This document shows, piece by piece, positions 38,511 through 47,159 of a DNA stretch of 53,418 bases; position 1 is the stretch's first letter, and each line of letters opens with the position of its first letter. The position numbers were made by a program, and so were the translations under genes. The stretch comes from Candidatus Kuenenia stuttgartensis (GTDB lineage Bacteria > Planctomycetota > Planctomycetia > Pirellulales > UBA1268), in NCBI GenBank assembly GCA_945883745.1, contig CAMCYH010000004.1:1-53418 (forward strand). Reading direction: 5' to 3'. The notes beneath the pieces are model-generated. The model was not told the DNA's origin. It did no database searches and saw only the letters and a list, made by a program, of their open reading frames with translations.

Positions 38511-39620
38511 ATGAATGTGCTGAGACCCTTTTCGCAACTGCCGAAGCGATCTGCCTTCACACTCGTCGAGATTCTGGTCACGATCTCGATCATTGGGGTG
38601 ATGCTTGCCCTGCTGATGCCAGCGCTTCAGGGAGCTCGGGAATCGGCAAGACGATCGTCGTGCTCAAGCAACATCAGCCAGATCGCAAAGGCCTTTCGCG
38701 ACTATGAGGCCCGGAACGAATCGCTGCCGGGCTGGCGAAACAAGATTACGGGATTCTCCCACCATCCTACGGTTCAGCCTGCGGAGTCGGCGGTGTCATG
38801 GACAGTTTCTCTCCTGCCTCATGTCGGCAAGCTTGACCTGTATGACTGGTTCACCGCCTACGGCCAGCAGGGATCTGAGAATGATGAAGACGTGAGGTCT
38901 AAAGTGATCGACTTTTACGTCTGTCCGGCGATGGCCTTGGTGATCCGTCGGCAGTCTGCCGGGGAGGCTGCCAACTCATACGCGGTGAACGGCGGCTCCG
39001 GCTGCGAGGCTCTTCATAACGACACACAGCCGTTGGGTGATGGCGTGTTTTTTGACAGCCTTGGCAATCAGCCAGATGACCGGTGGTACGATTCGGATCG
39101 TCCGCAGTATCGGGGCCGCGGCAGTAGTCTCGCCTTGATTGGTACTGGCGATGGAGAGACCAGCACGGTGATGCTGTCGGAGCGATCCGGACTCAATGTC
39201 CCCCTCGACATCGTATGGGGATCGGCACCACGGCCACCACGGCCATTCCAGGCTGCATCGGCAGGCCGACATATGATTCTTCTTCCCCCGGGAGTGACGA
39301 CCAAAATTGAGGCCGGAAAGCGGACGATCAATGCTTCACCGGAAACGCTCGTGCTGCCCGACCCACAGCCGGCTGGGTACGACAGCGGTGATTATTTTTA
39401 CCGCTATCCATCATCGAGCCATCGCGGGGGAGCATTCATGGCGTTCTGCGACGGTCATGTGCAGTTTGTCAATGAAACAATCGCACCGTGGGTTTACGTG
39501 CAGATCATGACGTCCAACTCTCGACTGCTGTCCGACGAAGTGAAGTCGTGGCAGAGGTATCAGAAGCCAGAAGGCGGCTATTCGAAATACACGTTTAGCG
39601 ACGCCGATCTGCGGAACTAG
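38511..39620 (+). CDS. DUF1559 / H-X9-DG protein with a prepilin-type N-terminal cleavage/methylation segment
   Basis: The N-terminus KRSAFTLVEILVTISIIGVMLALLMPALQGARESARRSSC is the pseudopilin-like leader typical of planctomycete DUF1559 proteins. The C-terminal HRGGAFMAFCDGHVQFV is an H-X9-DG motif. An alternative start is at 38499. Confidence 0.88.
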   Translation: MNVLRPFSQLPKRSAFTLVEILVTISIIGVMLALLMPALQGARESARRSSCSSNISQIAKAFRDYEARNESLPGWRNKITGFSHHPTVQPAESAVSWTVSLLPHVGKLDLYDWFTAYGQQGSENDEDVRSKVIDFYVCPAMALVIRRQSAGEAANSYAVNGGSGCEALHNDTQPLGDGVFFDSLGNQPDDRWYDSDRPQYRGRGSSLALIGTGDGETSTVMLSERSGLNVPLDIVWGSAPRPPRPFQAASAGRHMILLPPGVTTKIEAGKRTINASPETLVLPDPQPAGYDSGDYFYRYPSSSHRGGAFMAFCDGHVQFVNETIAPWVYVQIMTSNSRLLSDEVKSWQRYQKPEGGYSKYTFSDADLRN

Positions 39621-41533
39621 TTCGAAGTTTCGGTCACGGTTTGCTCACTTTCACCCGCGAGCGTGGCTTTGTCGTCGTCGAACCCCGGTGGTGGAGGGAA
39701 GGCGCGTAGCGGATCGAAGCCCGCCTCTGTGGCGTGTTCGGCGAGCAGGCTGCCGACGTCGGGCCAGACCTGTTTCCTGAGTTCGTCAGGAGACCAGGCC
39801 CAGATCCGAGCCCGGTCGATCACCGGCATCGTCTCCTGGCGGAGCAATGCCGCGAACGATCCACTGACGAGTTCGGGAAAGGTGCCGATATCGACAGCCT
39901 TGTTGTAGGGGATTCCACCAGGATTCTCGCCGCCAAACTGGCGATCATAAGCCTTGCGGGCGAGCACCATGAACCGGCCGAAGACATCGAGATCTCCTTT
40001 GGCGAGGCCGCTGATCAGGGATCGGCGGACCATCGCATCGATAAACTGCCGCGTGTTGGCGATGTCGATGTTGAGGGATTTGGCCACCCGCAGGGCCACA
40101 AAGGATTCGAGCGTGTCGTCGGCGAGATTCCGCCGCTGGGCTTCCGTGCCATCGAGTTGCGGGAGAATTTCACGGAGTTTCTGAAACAGCCTCATCGCCT
40201 CCTGCTGATCTCCATACAAAAATGAGCCGATGACGGCGATTTCCAGGAACTTGGAATAGCCCTTGAAGAGATCTTCCGCCTCAGCGGCGGCAAATGTCCC
40301 CGCACTGACCCCGTCTTCCGAGGCAATAAGCGAGTAGGCCTGCCGGAGCGACGTCTCGTACGCGGCGACATACCGCGGATCAGCGATCAGGTCAATGCGG
40401 CGGGTCACGGGATCGAAGTCCACGCGGCCGGATTGTACGAGGCTCAGCAGGGTCTGAAGCCGGGACCTCACGATCTGCAGTTCGTTGATCTGGTCGCGGC
40501 GAAGCACCGTGCGGGCAACATCGATTCCGCGCTCGCTCCAGTAGAGACCATGGGCGTTCGGGTGCCGCCAGTCGAGTGGGCCGTACAGCTCCATCAAGCG
40601 GAGCATCAGTGTCACGTCCATTCGATAGCGTTCCTGCAAAACCTGTCGTTGCAGAAATGGCACGATCTGCTGAAAGACGACGTCGAGCATGTCGGGGTCG
40701 CTGCGGATCGCCTGCATGAGCGGCACATTCGTGCCTTCGGGCAATTGCCGCAGGGAGCCGAGGATCGTGGAATCGGTACGATCGGAGCCCATGATGATGC
40801 GTCCGAACATCCGCAGAAGTGACTCGTCGGGACTCGCACCGTGACGGGCAAAGAGATCGAGGGCACCTGCTACCCGCCGGTCACTCTCCCGCAGTTCCGC
40901 GAGCGAATCAGGAGCTTCGACGATTGGGCGAAACCGCTCGATCGCTTCGTCCCGGGAAAGACCTGTCGACTTGTCGCCGACCACCTCCTGAAGGTCCTCG
41001 CAGAAGCGGGTCTTGTAGTAGATGTGCTCACGATCCAGACGATCGGCGATCTTCCCATGAAAAAGGTAGGCCAGTTCCCCGTACAGCTCTGCGCTCTTCG
41101 GGTTGAGCGGAATCCCCCGCGACCGCAGCAGTTCGATGCCCCGCGATACCCACGCCCAGCGTTCCTCCGGCACGAGCGTCGCCGCAGAGATGTTGTAGGC
41201 GAGATTCCACGCCTGAAACGACCAGACCCGTGGGAATCTCGGCTGCAGCGACGTGATCCACTCGCTCAGGGTCTGGGCCTCGAAATAGTGACCTTCATCC
41301 TGGAGGTGATCGGCCCGCGCCCAGAGATAATCGACGGCCAGACCGCGAAATGTGCCGAGCGCCGCAGTCGCCAACGCGACATGGGCCGGCATTCCACGGG
41401 TTCCCTCCATCGAGACCACGAGTTCGAGTTCCTGCCGCCGTCGCTCAATGGTTCGCGAGGCGAACGTGGCTCCCGTGAGTCCGGCCACGATGACGGCCAC
41501 GGCGATGATGCGTGTGATGAAACTGCCTGGCAT
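39617..41533 (-). CDS. Membrane-anchored helical hypothetical protein (last gene of the SPFH/ABC operon)
   Basis: 638-aa ORF with an N-terminal anchor ITRIIAVAVIVAGLTGATFA and an alpha-helical remainder (DYLWARADHLQDEGHYFEAQTLSEWI...). It starts 31 nt after the permease stop. I recognised no family. Confidence 0.6.
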   Translation of the reverse strand: MPGSFITRIIAVAVIVAGLTGATFASRTIERRRQELELVVSMEGTRGMPAHVALATAALGTFRGLAVDYLWARADHLQDEGHYFEAQTLSEWITSLQPRFPRVWSFQAWNLAYNISAATLVPEERWAWVSRGIELLRSRGIPLNPKSAELYGELAYLFHGKIADRLDREHIYYKTRFCEDLQEVVGDKSTGLSRDEAIERFRPIVEAPDSLAELRESDRRVAGALDLFARHGASPDESLLRMFGRIIMGSDRTDSTILGSLRQLPEGTNVPLMQAIRSDPDMLDVVFQQIVPFLQRQVLQERYRMDVTLMLRLMELYGPLDWRHPNAHGLYWSERGIDVARTVLRRDQINELQIVRSRLQTLLSLVQSGRVDFDPVTRRIDLIADPRYVAAYETSLRQAYSLIASEDGVSAGTFAAAEAEDLFKGYSKFLEIAVIGSFLYGDQQEAMRLFQKLREILPQLDGTEAQRRNLADDTLESFVALRVAKSLNIDIANTRQFIDAMVRRSLISGLAKGDLDVFGRFMVLARKAYDRQFGGENPGGIPYNKAVDIGTFPELVSGSFAALLRQETMPVIDRARIWAWSPDELRKQVWPDVGSLLAEHATEAGFDPLRAFPPPPGFDDDKATLAGESEQTVTETSN

Positions 41534-41564
41534 ACGTCCGTCTCCACCGGCCGTGTCGGCCGAG

Positions 41565-43661
41565 CTACTCTCCGATTACCACGAGATCCCGCCCATGAAA
41601 CAGGGCCGCCGCGGCGAGCGACAAGACGCCCCCACCGGCCAGCCCGACCTTGGCCAGGCAGGACAGCACGTCGGCCGTCGAGACCACCCGCCCCGTCGCC
41701 ACCAGCGTGACCGCGTCATACGGCCCGAACGACGGTACGATCAAGAGTAGAAACTCCCCGACACTCGAGGACACGACCTTGAGGGCGGTCCAGAATCGCC
41801 ATTCGCCGACTGCCTTCGAGAAGTGGTACAGTCGCTCGTTGAACAGATCGATCAAGCCGGCGTTTTCCATGTCGGCCCCGGTGTAGATATTGAGTGAATC
41901 ACCGAGGAATGCGCTCGCACTGGCAATCGCGAAGATGCCCAGCGCCGTCAGGACGGCTGTCGGAAAGCCGAGCCAGCTGGCCGCGGCGACCGCGGCGGCC
42001 GCCACCATCGCGAGCTTGATCCAGCAAATAAGGATGCCCCTGAGGAGATTCCCCTCGAACGTGCCGACCCGGTAGAGCATTTCCATGCCCTGACCCGGTA
42101 TGAACGAAATCGCGGTCGGCCGTACGGCACCCGCCGGGATGAGATTGCGGTTGGCGAACGTGACCAGCAGCCGACCGTCGGCGTCTACCGACCCGCTGGG
42201 GAGGTCGAGCGTGTGCACCATGCCGCTGGTGATCGTGAATTCCTTGTGCTCTCCGGCTTCGACGGGGTAGGGCCGATCGTTGAGCCAGAGCACGAAACGG
42301 ACGTCGGCGCGATCGACGTTGACGTTGTCCGCGAAGGGCTTGAGTCGCAGCTGTACCGTGCCACCGCTGACGCGGGCCGTGTCGAGACCCTCGAACAGAT
42401 AAGAAGAAACCATGTCTGGATAGACGCTATGCCACTGCTGCACCTTCTGGGCCTGGATTCGTGCCCGGGCGGCCTCTTCGCCGGCGGTAAAAGCGGACGG
42501 GTCGTCCTGTTTCAGACGGTCGACTTCGGCGTCGATGTCGAGTTCAAAATCGGCCCGCTTCGGGTGGGCCGGCCGAACAGTCCGCCGGGCGGTGAGCACC
42601 TGCCCTTCCACAGCCGATCGGTCGGCTGGATCGGTCGCCGCCGCATTTTCGAGAACGCGGGCCGCCGTCAGAATCCCGACGCCGACGATCGCCAGAAGGA
42701 GGCCGTTTACCAGCGTGGCGCCGAGGAGTTTTCCGAGTAGGTACTGCCACCGGTTGAGCGGTTTGACCAGCGACATGTGGACCCGTCGCGAATCGACGTC
42801 TCCGCAGATGCTGCCGCAGACCAGGAAGATCGTCATCATCGCCAGAAGAAACGTCGCCCCACCGAGCGACCAGTCAAGAAAAAACTGGATCCGATACGCG
42901 AGCCGCTCCTTGCTATCAAGCACAAGCGGCAGGCTCGGCAGACTGACAAGGACGATCACCAGCAGCACGAGCGTTGCCCGGGTTCTCACCGCCTCCTCCA
43001 CAATCACCCGCGCGACCGCGCAGATGCCGTTTGGCGCAGCGAGAATCCCGCGGAGAACGGCCTGTCCGAGTACAGTCAGCAGGCCGAGCGTGGTCACTCC
43101 CGCCAAGGCCACCGCGGCCGACGTCCAGCCAAGACGATACATCTGCCATGCAGTGAGACCGCCGGAAAGCAGCCCCGTAAGCACCACAGCCAGAGTGCGA
43201 TTCCGTGGGCGGCCACTGAACTGTTTCCATGTCCATCGGGTGGCGGCGACGGCCCCGCCCGCCATCAGCAGAACGGCGGGCCAAGGATACCCTGCACGGG
43301 CCACCGCCTCGCCGCTGCCCGCGGCAGTCGCCAGCACCGCAAACAGTACGCTCGTGGACAAGGCCGGGGACGGCGATCCGGTACGAAAAATACCCCACCA
43401 GATCCAGATCAGGGCCGTCATGCCGCCGGCGATTGCGATCGCGGCACCGACGGAAGAAAAGCCCTGTACGGCCGCCAGGCCGCCTGCCATCAAGGCCAGC
43501 CCCAGGATGCCACCGAGCGTGACAAGCCAGGTGACGATTTCCCGCCGTGTCGGCGGAACGATTCGCGCCTCCTGCCGCCCATCCGCGACGAGGGCGTCGT
43601 CCAGTCCGAGCACTGATTGATCGTCGGCAGCAGGCATGATGATCTGGCGTGGCCGCCTCAC
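41565..43661 (-). CDS. Large ABC-2-type permease-like membrane protein (698 aa)
   Basis: GTG start overlaps the ATPase stop (GTGA; alternative ATG at 43637). About 6 N-terminal TM helices, then the ABC-2 block DVDSRRVHMSLVKPLNRWQYLLGKLLG, a ~230-aa extracytoplasmic loop, and further C-terminal TM helices. Confidence 0.6.
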   Translation of the reverse strand: MRRPRQIIMPAADDQSVLGLDDALVADGRQEARIVPPTRREIVTWLVTLGGILGLALMAGGLAAVQGFSSVGAAIAIAGGMTALIWIWWGIFRTGSPSPALSTSVLFAVLATAAGSGEAVARAGYPWPAVLLMAGGAVAATRWTWKQFSGRPRNRTLAVVLTGLLSGGLTAWQMYRLGWTSAAVALAGVTTLGLLTVLGQAVLRGILAAPNGICAVARVIVEEAVRTRATLVLLVIVLVSLPSLPLVLDSKERLAYRIQFFLDWSLGGATFLLAMMTIFLVCGSICGDVDSRRVHMSLVKPLNRWQYLLGKLLGATLVNGLLLAIVGVGILTAARVLENAAATDPADRSAVEGQVLTARRTVRPAHPKRADFELDIDAEVDRLKQDDPSAFTAGEEAARARIQAQKVQQWHSVYPDMVSSYLFEGLDTARVSGGTVQLRLKPFADNVNVDRADVRFVLWLNDRPYPVEAGEHKEFTITSGMVHTLDLPSGSVDADGRLLVTFANRNLIPAGAVRPTAISFIPGQGMEMLYRVGTFEGNLLRGILICWIKLAMVAAAAVAAASWLGFPTAVLTALGIFAIASASAFLGDSLNIYTGADMENAGLIDLFNERLYHFSKAVGEWRFWTALKVVSSSVGEFLLLIVPSFGPYDAVTLVATGRVVSTADVLSCLAKVGLAGGGVLSLAAAALFHGRDLVVIGE

Positions 43662-44824
43662 GGGCGGCGGGTGAGTTGTTCGATGAGCGCGGCGTCGAAA
43701 TCACCAGCCGGTTCACCATCCAGTAACCGCTCCCGCTCTTTGGCTGACGCCGCGTCATGCTGGCCTGTCGGTTCGGCACCAGACGAGCCTGGCTCGTCCT
43801 GCAGAAACCCGGCGACCCGCCCGCCGCTGCGGGCACCGCTTGTCGCGGCACCCTCGCTGCGGGCCTGCTCGACGATCTCCAGAAACAACGATTCCAGTGA
43901 CCGCCGCGGTCGTTCCACCCGCATCGATCCGGCATGGGCCGGCCCGATCGCAGCCCGCACCCGGTCCATCTCGGCGTCGTCGAGCTGGGGGAGGTGCAGC
44001 AGCGTCTCATCCGCGCGGGAGAGCAGTTCGTCGCACGTCCCTAATGCCCGCAGGCGGCCGCCATACATGATCGCCACCCTGTCGCAGAGATCCTCAACGT
44101 CGCCGAGTAGGTGGGAACAGAGGAGCACGGTCTTCCCACGCGCGGCGAGGCTGGCGATAAGGTCCTTGATCTGCCGTGAGCCGACGGGGTCCATGCCGCT
44201 GGTCGGCTCATCCAGGACGAGGAGGTCGGGGTCATTGATGAGGCTCTGCGCGAGGCCGATTCGCCGCTGCATACCCTTCGAATATTCACCGACACGGCGA
44301 TGCTGCACCGCCTCGAGGCCGACCATGTCGAGCAGCATGTCGGTTCTCTCACGGCGAACCCGTCGCGGTAGCCGAAACAGGCTGGCATAGTAGTCAAGCG
44401 TTTCTCGTCCCGTCAGAAAGCGATACAGATAGGTCTCTTCTGGGAGATAGCCGATCCGCCGCTTGACGCCGACATCACGGGGATGCCGACCGAGTACGGC
44501 GATGCGGCCGGCGGTCGGCTCGAGCAGGCCCAGCAGCATCTTGATCGTGGTACTTTTGCCCGAGCCATTCGGGCCGAGCAGGCCGAAAATCTCGCCGGTG
44601 CGAACTTCAAACGTGAGGCCGTCCACCGCCCGCACCGAGGGCCGCATCCAGAAGTCCCGAAAAAACTTCGACACCCCAGCGCACGCGATGTCGATGCCCC
44701 TGCCGGTCTCAGCGGCTGGCGAAACAGGAGAAGAGGCCGCTCCGGCGCCGGGTTCGGCGGTGCTTTTCCCTTCGGCGGGTGGGGCAGCCTGTTCCGATAG
44801 GAGCGATGCAAGGATGTCTGCCAT
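43658..44824 (-). CDS. ABC transporter ATP-binding protein
   Basis: Walker A GPNGSGKSTT, signature YSKGMQRRI, Walker B LLVLDEPTSGMD. The start MADILAS at 44824 was verified. The C-terminal ~130 aa form an extension. Confidence 0.88.
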   Translation of the reverse strand: MADILASLLSEQAAPPAEGKSTAEPGAGAASSPVSPAAETGRGIDIACAGVSKFFRDFWMRPSVRAVDGLTFEVRTGEIFGLLGPNGSGKSTTIKMLLGLLEPTAGRIAVLGRHPRDVGVKRRIGYLPEETYLYRFLTGRETLDYYASLFRLPRRVRRERTDMLLDMVGLEAVQHRRVGEYSKGMQRRIGLAQSLINDPDLLVLDEPTSGMDPVGSRQIKDLIASLAARGKTVLLCSHLLGDVEDLCDRVAIMYGGRLRALGTCDELLSRADETLLHLPQLDDAEMDRVRAAIGPAHAGSMRVERPRRSLESLFLEIVEQARSEGAATSGARSGGRVAGFLQDEPGSSGAEPTGQHDAASAKERERLLDGEPAGDFDAALIEQLTRRP

Positions 44825-44852
44825 GCTGGCAACCTCTTCATTCCTTCGAGGT

Positions 44853-46154
44853 TCAAGGGGTGGCTGACTTGATCGATTCGAGTTGCCGCTTCTGTCTCTG
44901 CCGCTGGAGCTGTGGATCACGATTGATCTGCAGATCGAGGCGGCCGGGCAGGGTGTAAAAAGTCTCGATGTCACCGGTGAGGATTGACTCGCGGGCATCT
45001 TCCCAGAGCCGGGATAGCACCAGCCGGGGAGTCTGCTCGTATTGAGGCAGCAGCCGGCTGAATGTCTCCGCTTCGCTCTTTACTCGCTCGACGACCTGAG
45101 TGCGGTAGGTCTTTGCCCTGTTTACAATGGCCGCCGCCTCACCGCCGATCGGCTGCCCGCCGATAGCGAGGGCCGACAGGGCCTCGTCGATTTCAGTGGC
45201 GGCCGCCGCGGCGGAATCACTGCGTCCGGTTTCGACGGCCTCCTCATACCGGCGGACCACAGCCAACAGCAGATCAGCCGCCTCGCCGGCCGCCTCGCCG
45301 AGGATTTTTGCTCGATCCTGCTGGGCGGCGACAAGCCGTTGCGAGCGGTCGGTTTCCGCCGTCGTGACGGCGTCGAAACTCGAGCCGACCCGCAATGGCG
45401 CCGAGATTTTGTCGAGCACAAGCTGGTCGATGACAAGCCCGGTCCGCATGCCATCGAGCCGATCCTGGGCCGTGGCGACTGCCAGTTCCCGCCGAACCGC
45501 TCCGCGGAGCAGATCATCTGCCGACGTTCGGGCTGCCGCCTGCACGATTCCCTGCTGCATCGCGCAGCTCACCAGCCGCGCCCCAAGCGGTTCGGCGCCG
45601 ACGTTGGTGATGAAATCTACCGCATCTCCGACCCGGTAGGTCACGGTCCAGCGGGCATGAACGATGCCGGAGTCACCGGTGAGCAGCGAGCCGTCACGGA
45701 TCGGATTGAGCGGACGCGCCAAGCGGGACTGCAGTTCTCCGCGAGTCATTCCACTTTCACTGTCGGATGTTTCGAACCAAAACTCCTTGTCGAGCGAGAC
45801 GGTGGCCGGGCGGGTGCTCACCTTGATGACCTGCTCGAACGGGAAGGGAGCCGCAAGGTAGGTGCCTCGTTCGAGAACCCGCGTGTCGCCCTCGCCGACG
45901 CATTCGCCAAACCGCAGACGAACAGCCACCTCGTTGGAACCGACGCTGAACGTGCCGCTGAAGAGATAACTCACCAGCAGAACGCCCATCGCGATCTTGA
46001 GAATCCCGAAGCTCAGCCGCAGCGCTTCGGCAAGCGACTGCTCCGCCGGATCCCGTGGAACGAACTCTGCAGCCATGTCTTCGGCAGCCGAAGCGACGCC
46101 GGGAGCCAGGACGGCGGACGATTCATCGAAGGCGGGAGGGATGGCGGGATTCAT
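44853..46154 (-). CDS. SPFH/band-7 domain protein, HflK-like
   Basis: The start MNPAIPP at 46154 was verified. One TM segment (FGILKIAMGVLLVSYLF) is followed by the SPFH core SNEVAVRLRFGE...RGTYLAAPFPFEQVIKV and a long coiled-coil-like Ala/Glu/Arg-rich C-terminus. The ORF-track extension to 46526 overlaps the upstream gene and is rejected. Confidence 0.75.
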   Translation of the reverse strand: MNPAIPPAFDESSAVLAPGVASAAEDMAAEFVPRDPAEQSLAEALRLSFGILKIAMGVLLVSYLFSGTFSVGSNEVAVRLRFGECVGEGDTRVLERGTYLAAPFPFEQVIKVSTRPATVSLDKEFWFETSDSESGMTRGELQSRLARPLNPIRDGSLLTGDSGIVHARWTVTYRVGDAVDFITNVGAEPLGARLVSCAMQQGIVQAAARTSADDLLRGAVRRELAVATAQDRLDGMRTGLVIDQLVLDKISAPLRVGSSFDAVTTAETDRSQRLVAAQQDRAKILGEAAGEAADLLLAVVRRYEEAVETGRSDSAAAAATEIDEALSALAIGGQPIGGEAAAIVNRAKTYRTQVVERVKSEAETFSRLLPQYEQTPRLVLSRLWEDARESILTGDIETFYTLPGRLDLQINRDPQLQRQRQKRQLESIKSATP

Positions 46155-46185
46155 GCGGGGGTCTTCTCTGGAGATGCGGGGCCGT

Positions 46186-47130
46186 TCAGTTGTCGGTCGC
46201 TGCCGTCGCGGCCGGGCCTGCAGTCGCGGCCGGACCTGCCGCGGCAGCCGGATCCTGGCGGAACCAGTCGAGAATTCCCAGGCTGTCAGCCGACAGCACG
46301 AAGGTGGTGTTGTGGTCGAGCATTTTTCGCAGGGCCTCGACCTTGCGGAGGAAGACCGCGAAATCCTCGTTGCGGGCGAAGCTCGCATACTCGGCGGAGG
46401 CCTCTCGGTCCCCTTGGGAGCGGATCGACTGGGCACGTTTTTCAGCGAAGGCGAGAATGCGGTCGCGGGCACTGGCCGCCTCGCTGCGAATCGCCGAGGC
46501 CTGAGCCTGGCCTTCCTGCAGCGCATTTTCAGCGAGCCGCTCGCGGGTCTTGATCATCGTTTCAAAGACCCGGCTCGTGGTGGCCTCCGGCAGCACCAGT
46601 TTCTGGATGCCTACTTCCTCAACCCGAATCCCATAGGTGGCCGCGGCGAGGGCCGTGTTGAGGGAGTCTTTGGCCTCGGTCTCGATGGCCGCCAGTGCCA
46701 GTTGCGATTCATCGGTGTTGACAAGTTCGTCAAACCGGCGGGTGCTGATCACGCTACGAACCTCCCGCAGCCGCGAAGATAGCTGCTTTTCGGCTTCAGA
46801 AGGATCCTTGAGGGTGGTGTAGAAAGCCAGCGGATCGGTGATCCGCCAGGTCAGGTACGTCCGTACGATCACGCTCTTTCCGTCGGCCGTCTGCAGCTCC
46901 TCCACTTTGTCTTCGAGCAGTTGGAGCCGTTTCGAATAGTGAGTGATCTTGTTGACCGGCCAGGGCCAGCGAAACTTCAGGCCTGCCGCCTCCTGCACGC
47001 TCGCCTCGTCGGCCTTGTCGAACGTCGTGCGGATGGCGACCTGGTCGTACCGCACCTGGTAGAGAAACATGTGAGACAGGAGGGCGGCCCCAATCACGGT
47101 GCCGATCAGAATCGTAAAGGAATTTTTCAT
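46186..47130 (-). CDS. SPFH/band-7 domain protein, HflC-like
   Basis: N-terminal TM segment (FTILIGTVIGAALLSHMFLY), then YQVRYDQVAIRTTFDK...FRWPWPVNKI...IVRTYLTWRITDP and the coiled-coil ERLAENALQEGQAQASAIRSEA. The C-terminus has a (GPAATA)x2 micro-repeat. Confidence 0.8.
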   Translation of the reverse strand: MKNSFTILIGTVIGAALLSHMFLYQVRYDQVAIRTTFDKADEASVQEAAGLKFRWPWPVNKITHYSKRLQLLEDKVEELQTADGKSVIVRTYLTWRITDPLAFYTTLKDPSEAEKQLSSRLREVRSVISTRRFDELVNTDESQLALAAIETEAKDSLNTALAAATYGIRVEEVGIQKLVLPEATTSRVFETMIKTRERLAENALQEGQAQASAIRSEAASARDRILAFAEKRAQSIRSQGDREASAEYASFARNEDFAVFLRKVEALRKMLDHNTTFVLSADSLGILDWFRQDPAAAAGPAATAGPAATAATDN

Positions 47131-47159
47131 GGTCTACCTCGCATGCCGAGGGAACGGGT

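Noticed and set aside
46196-46250. Short tandem repeat encoding (GPAATA)x2 at the C-terminus of the HflC-like protein.
   Set aside because: It is only two copies of an 18-nt unit inside a low-complexity Ala/Pro tail. This is likely simple slippage with no separate functional meaning.
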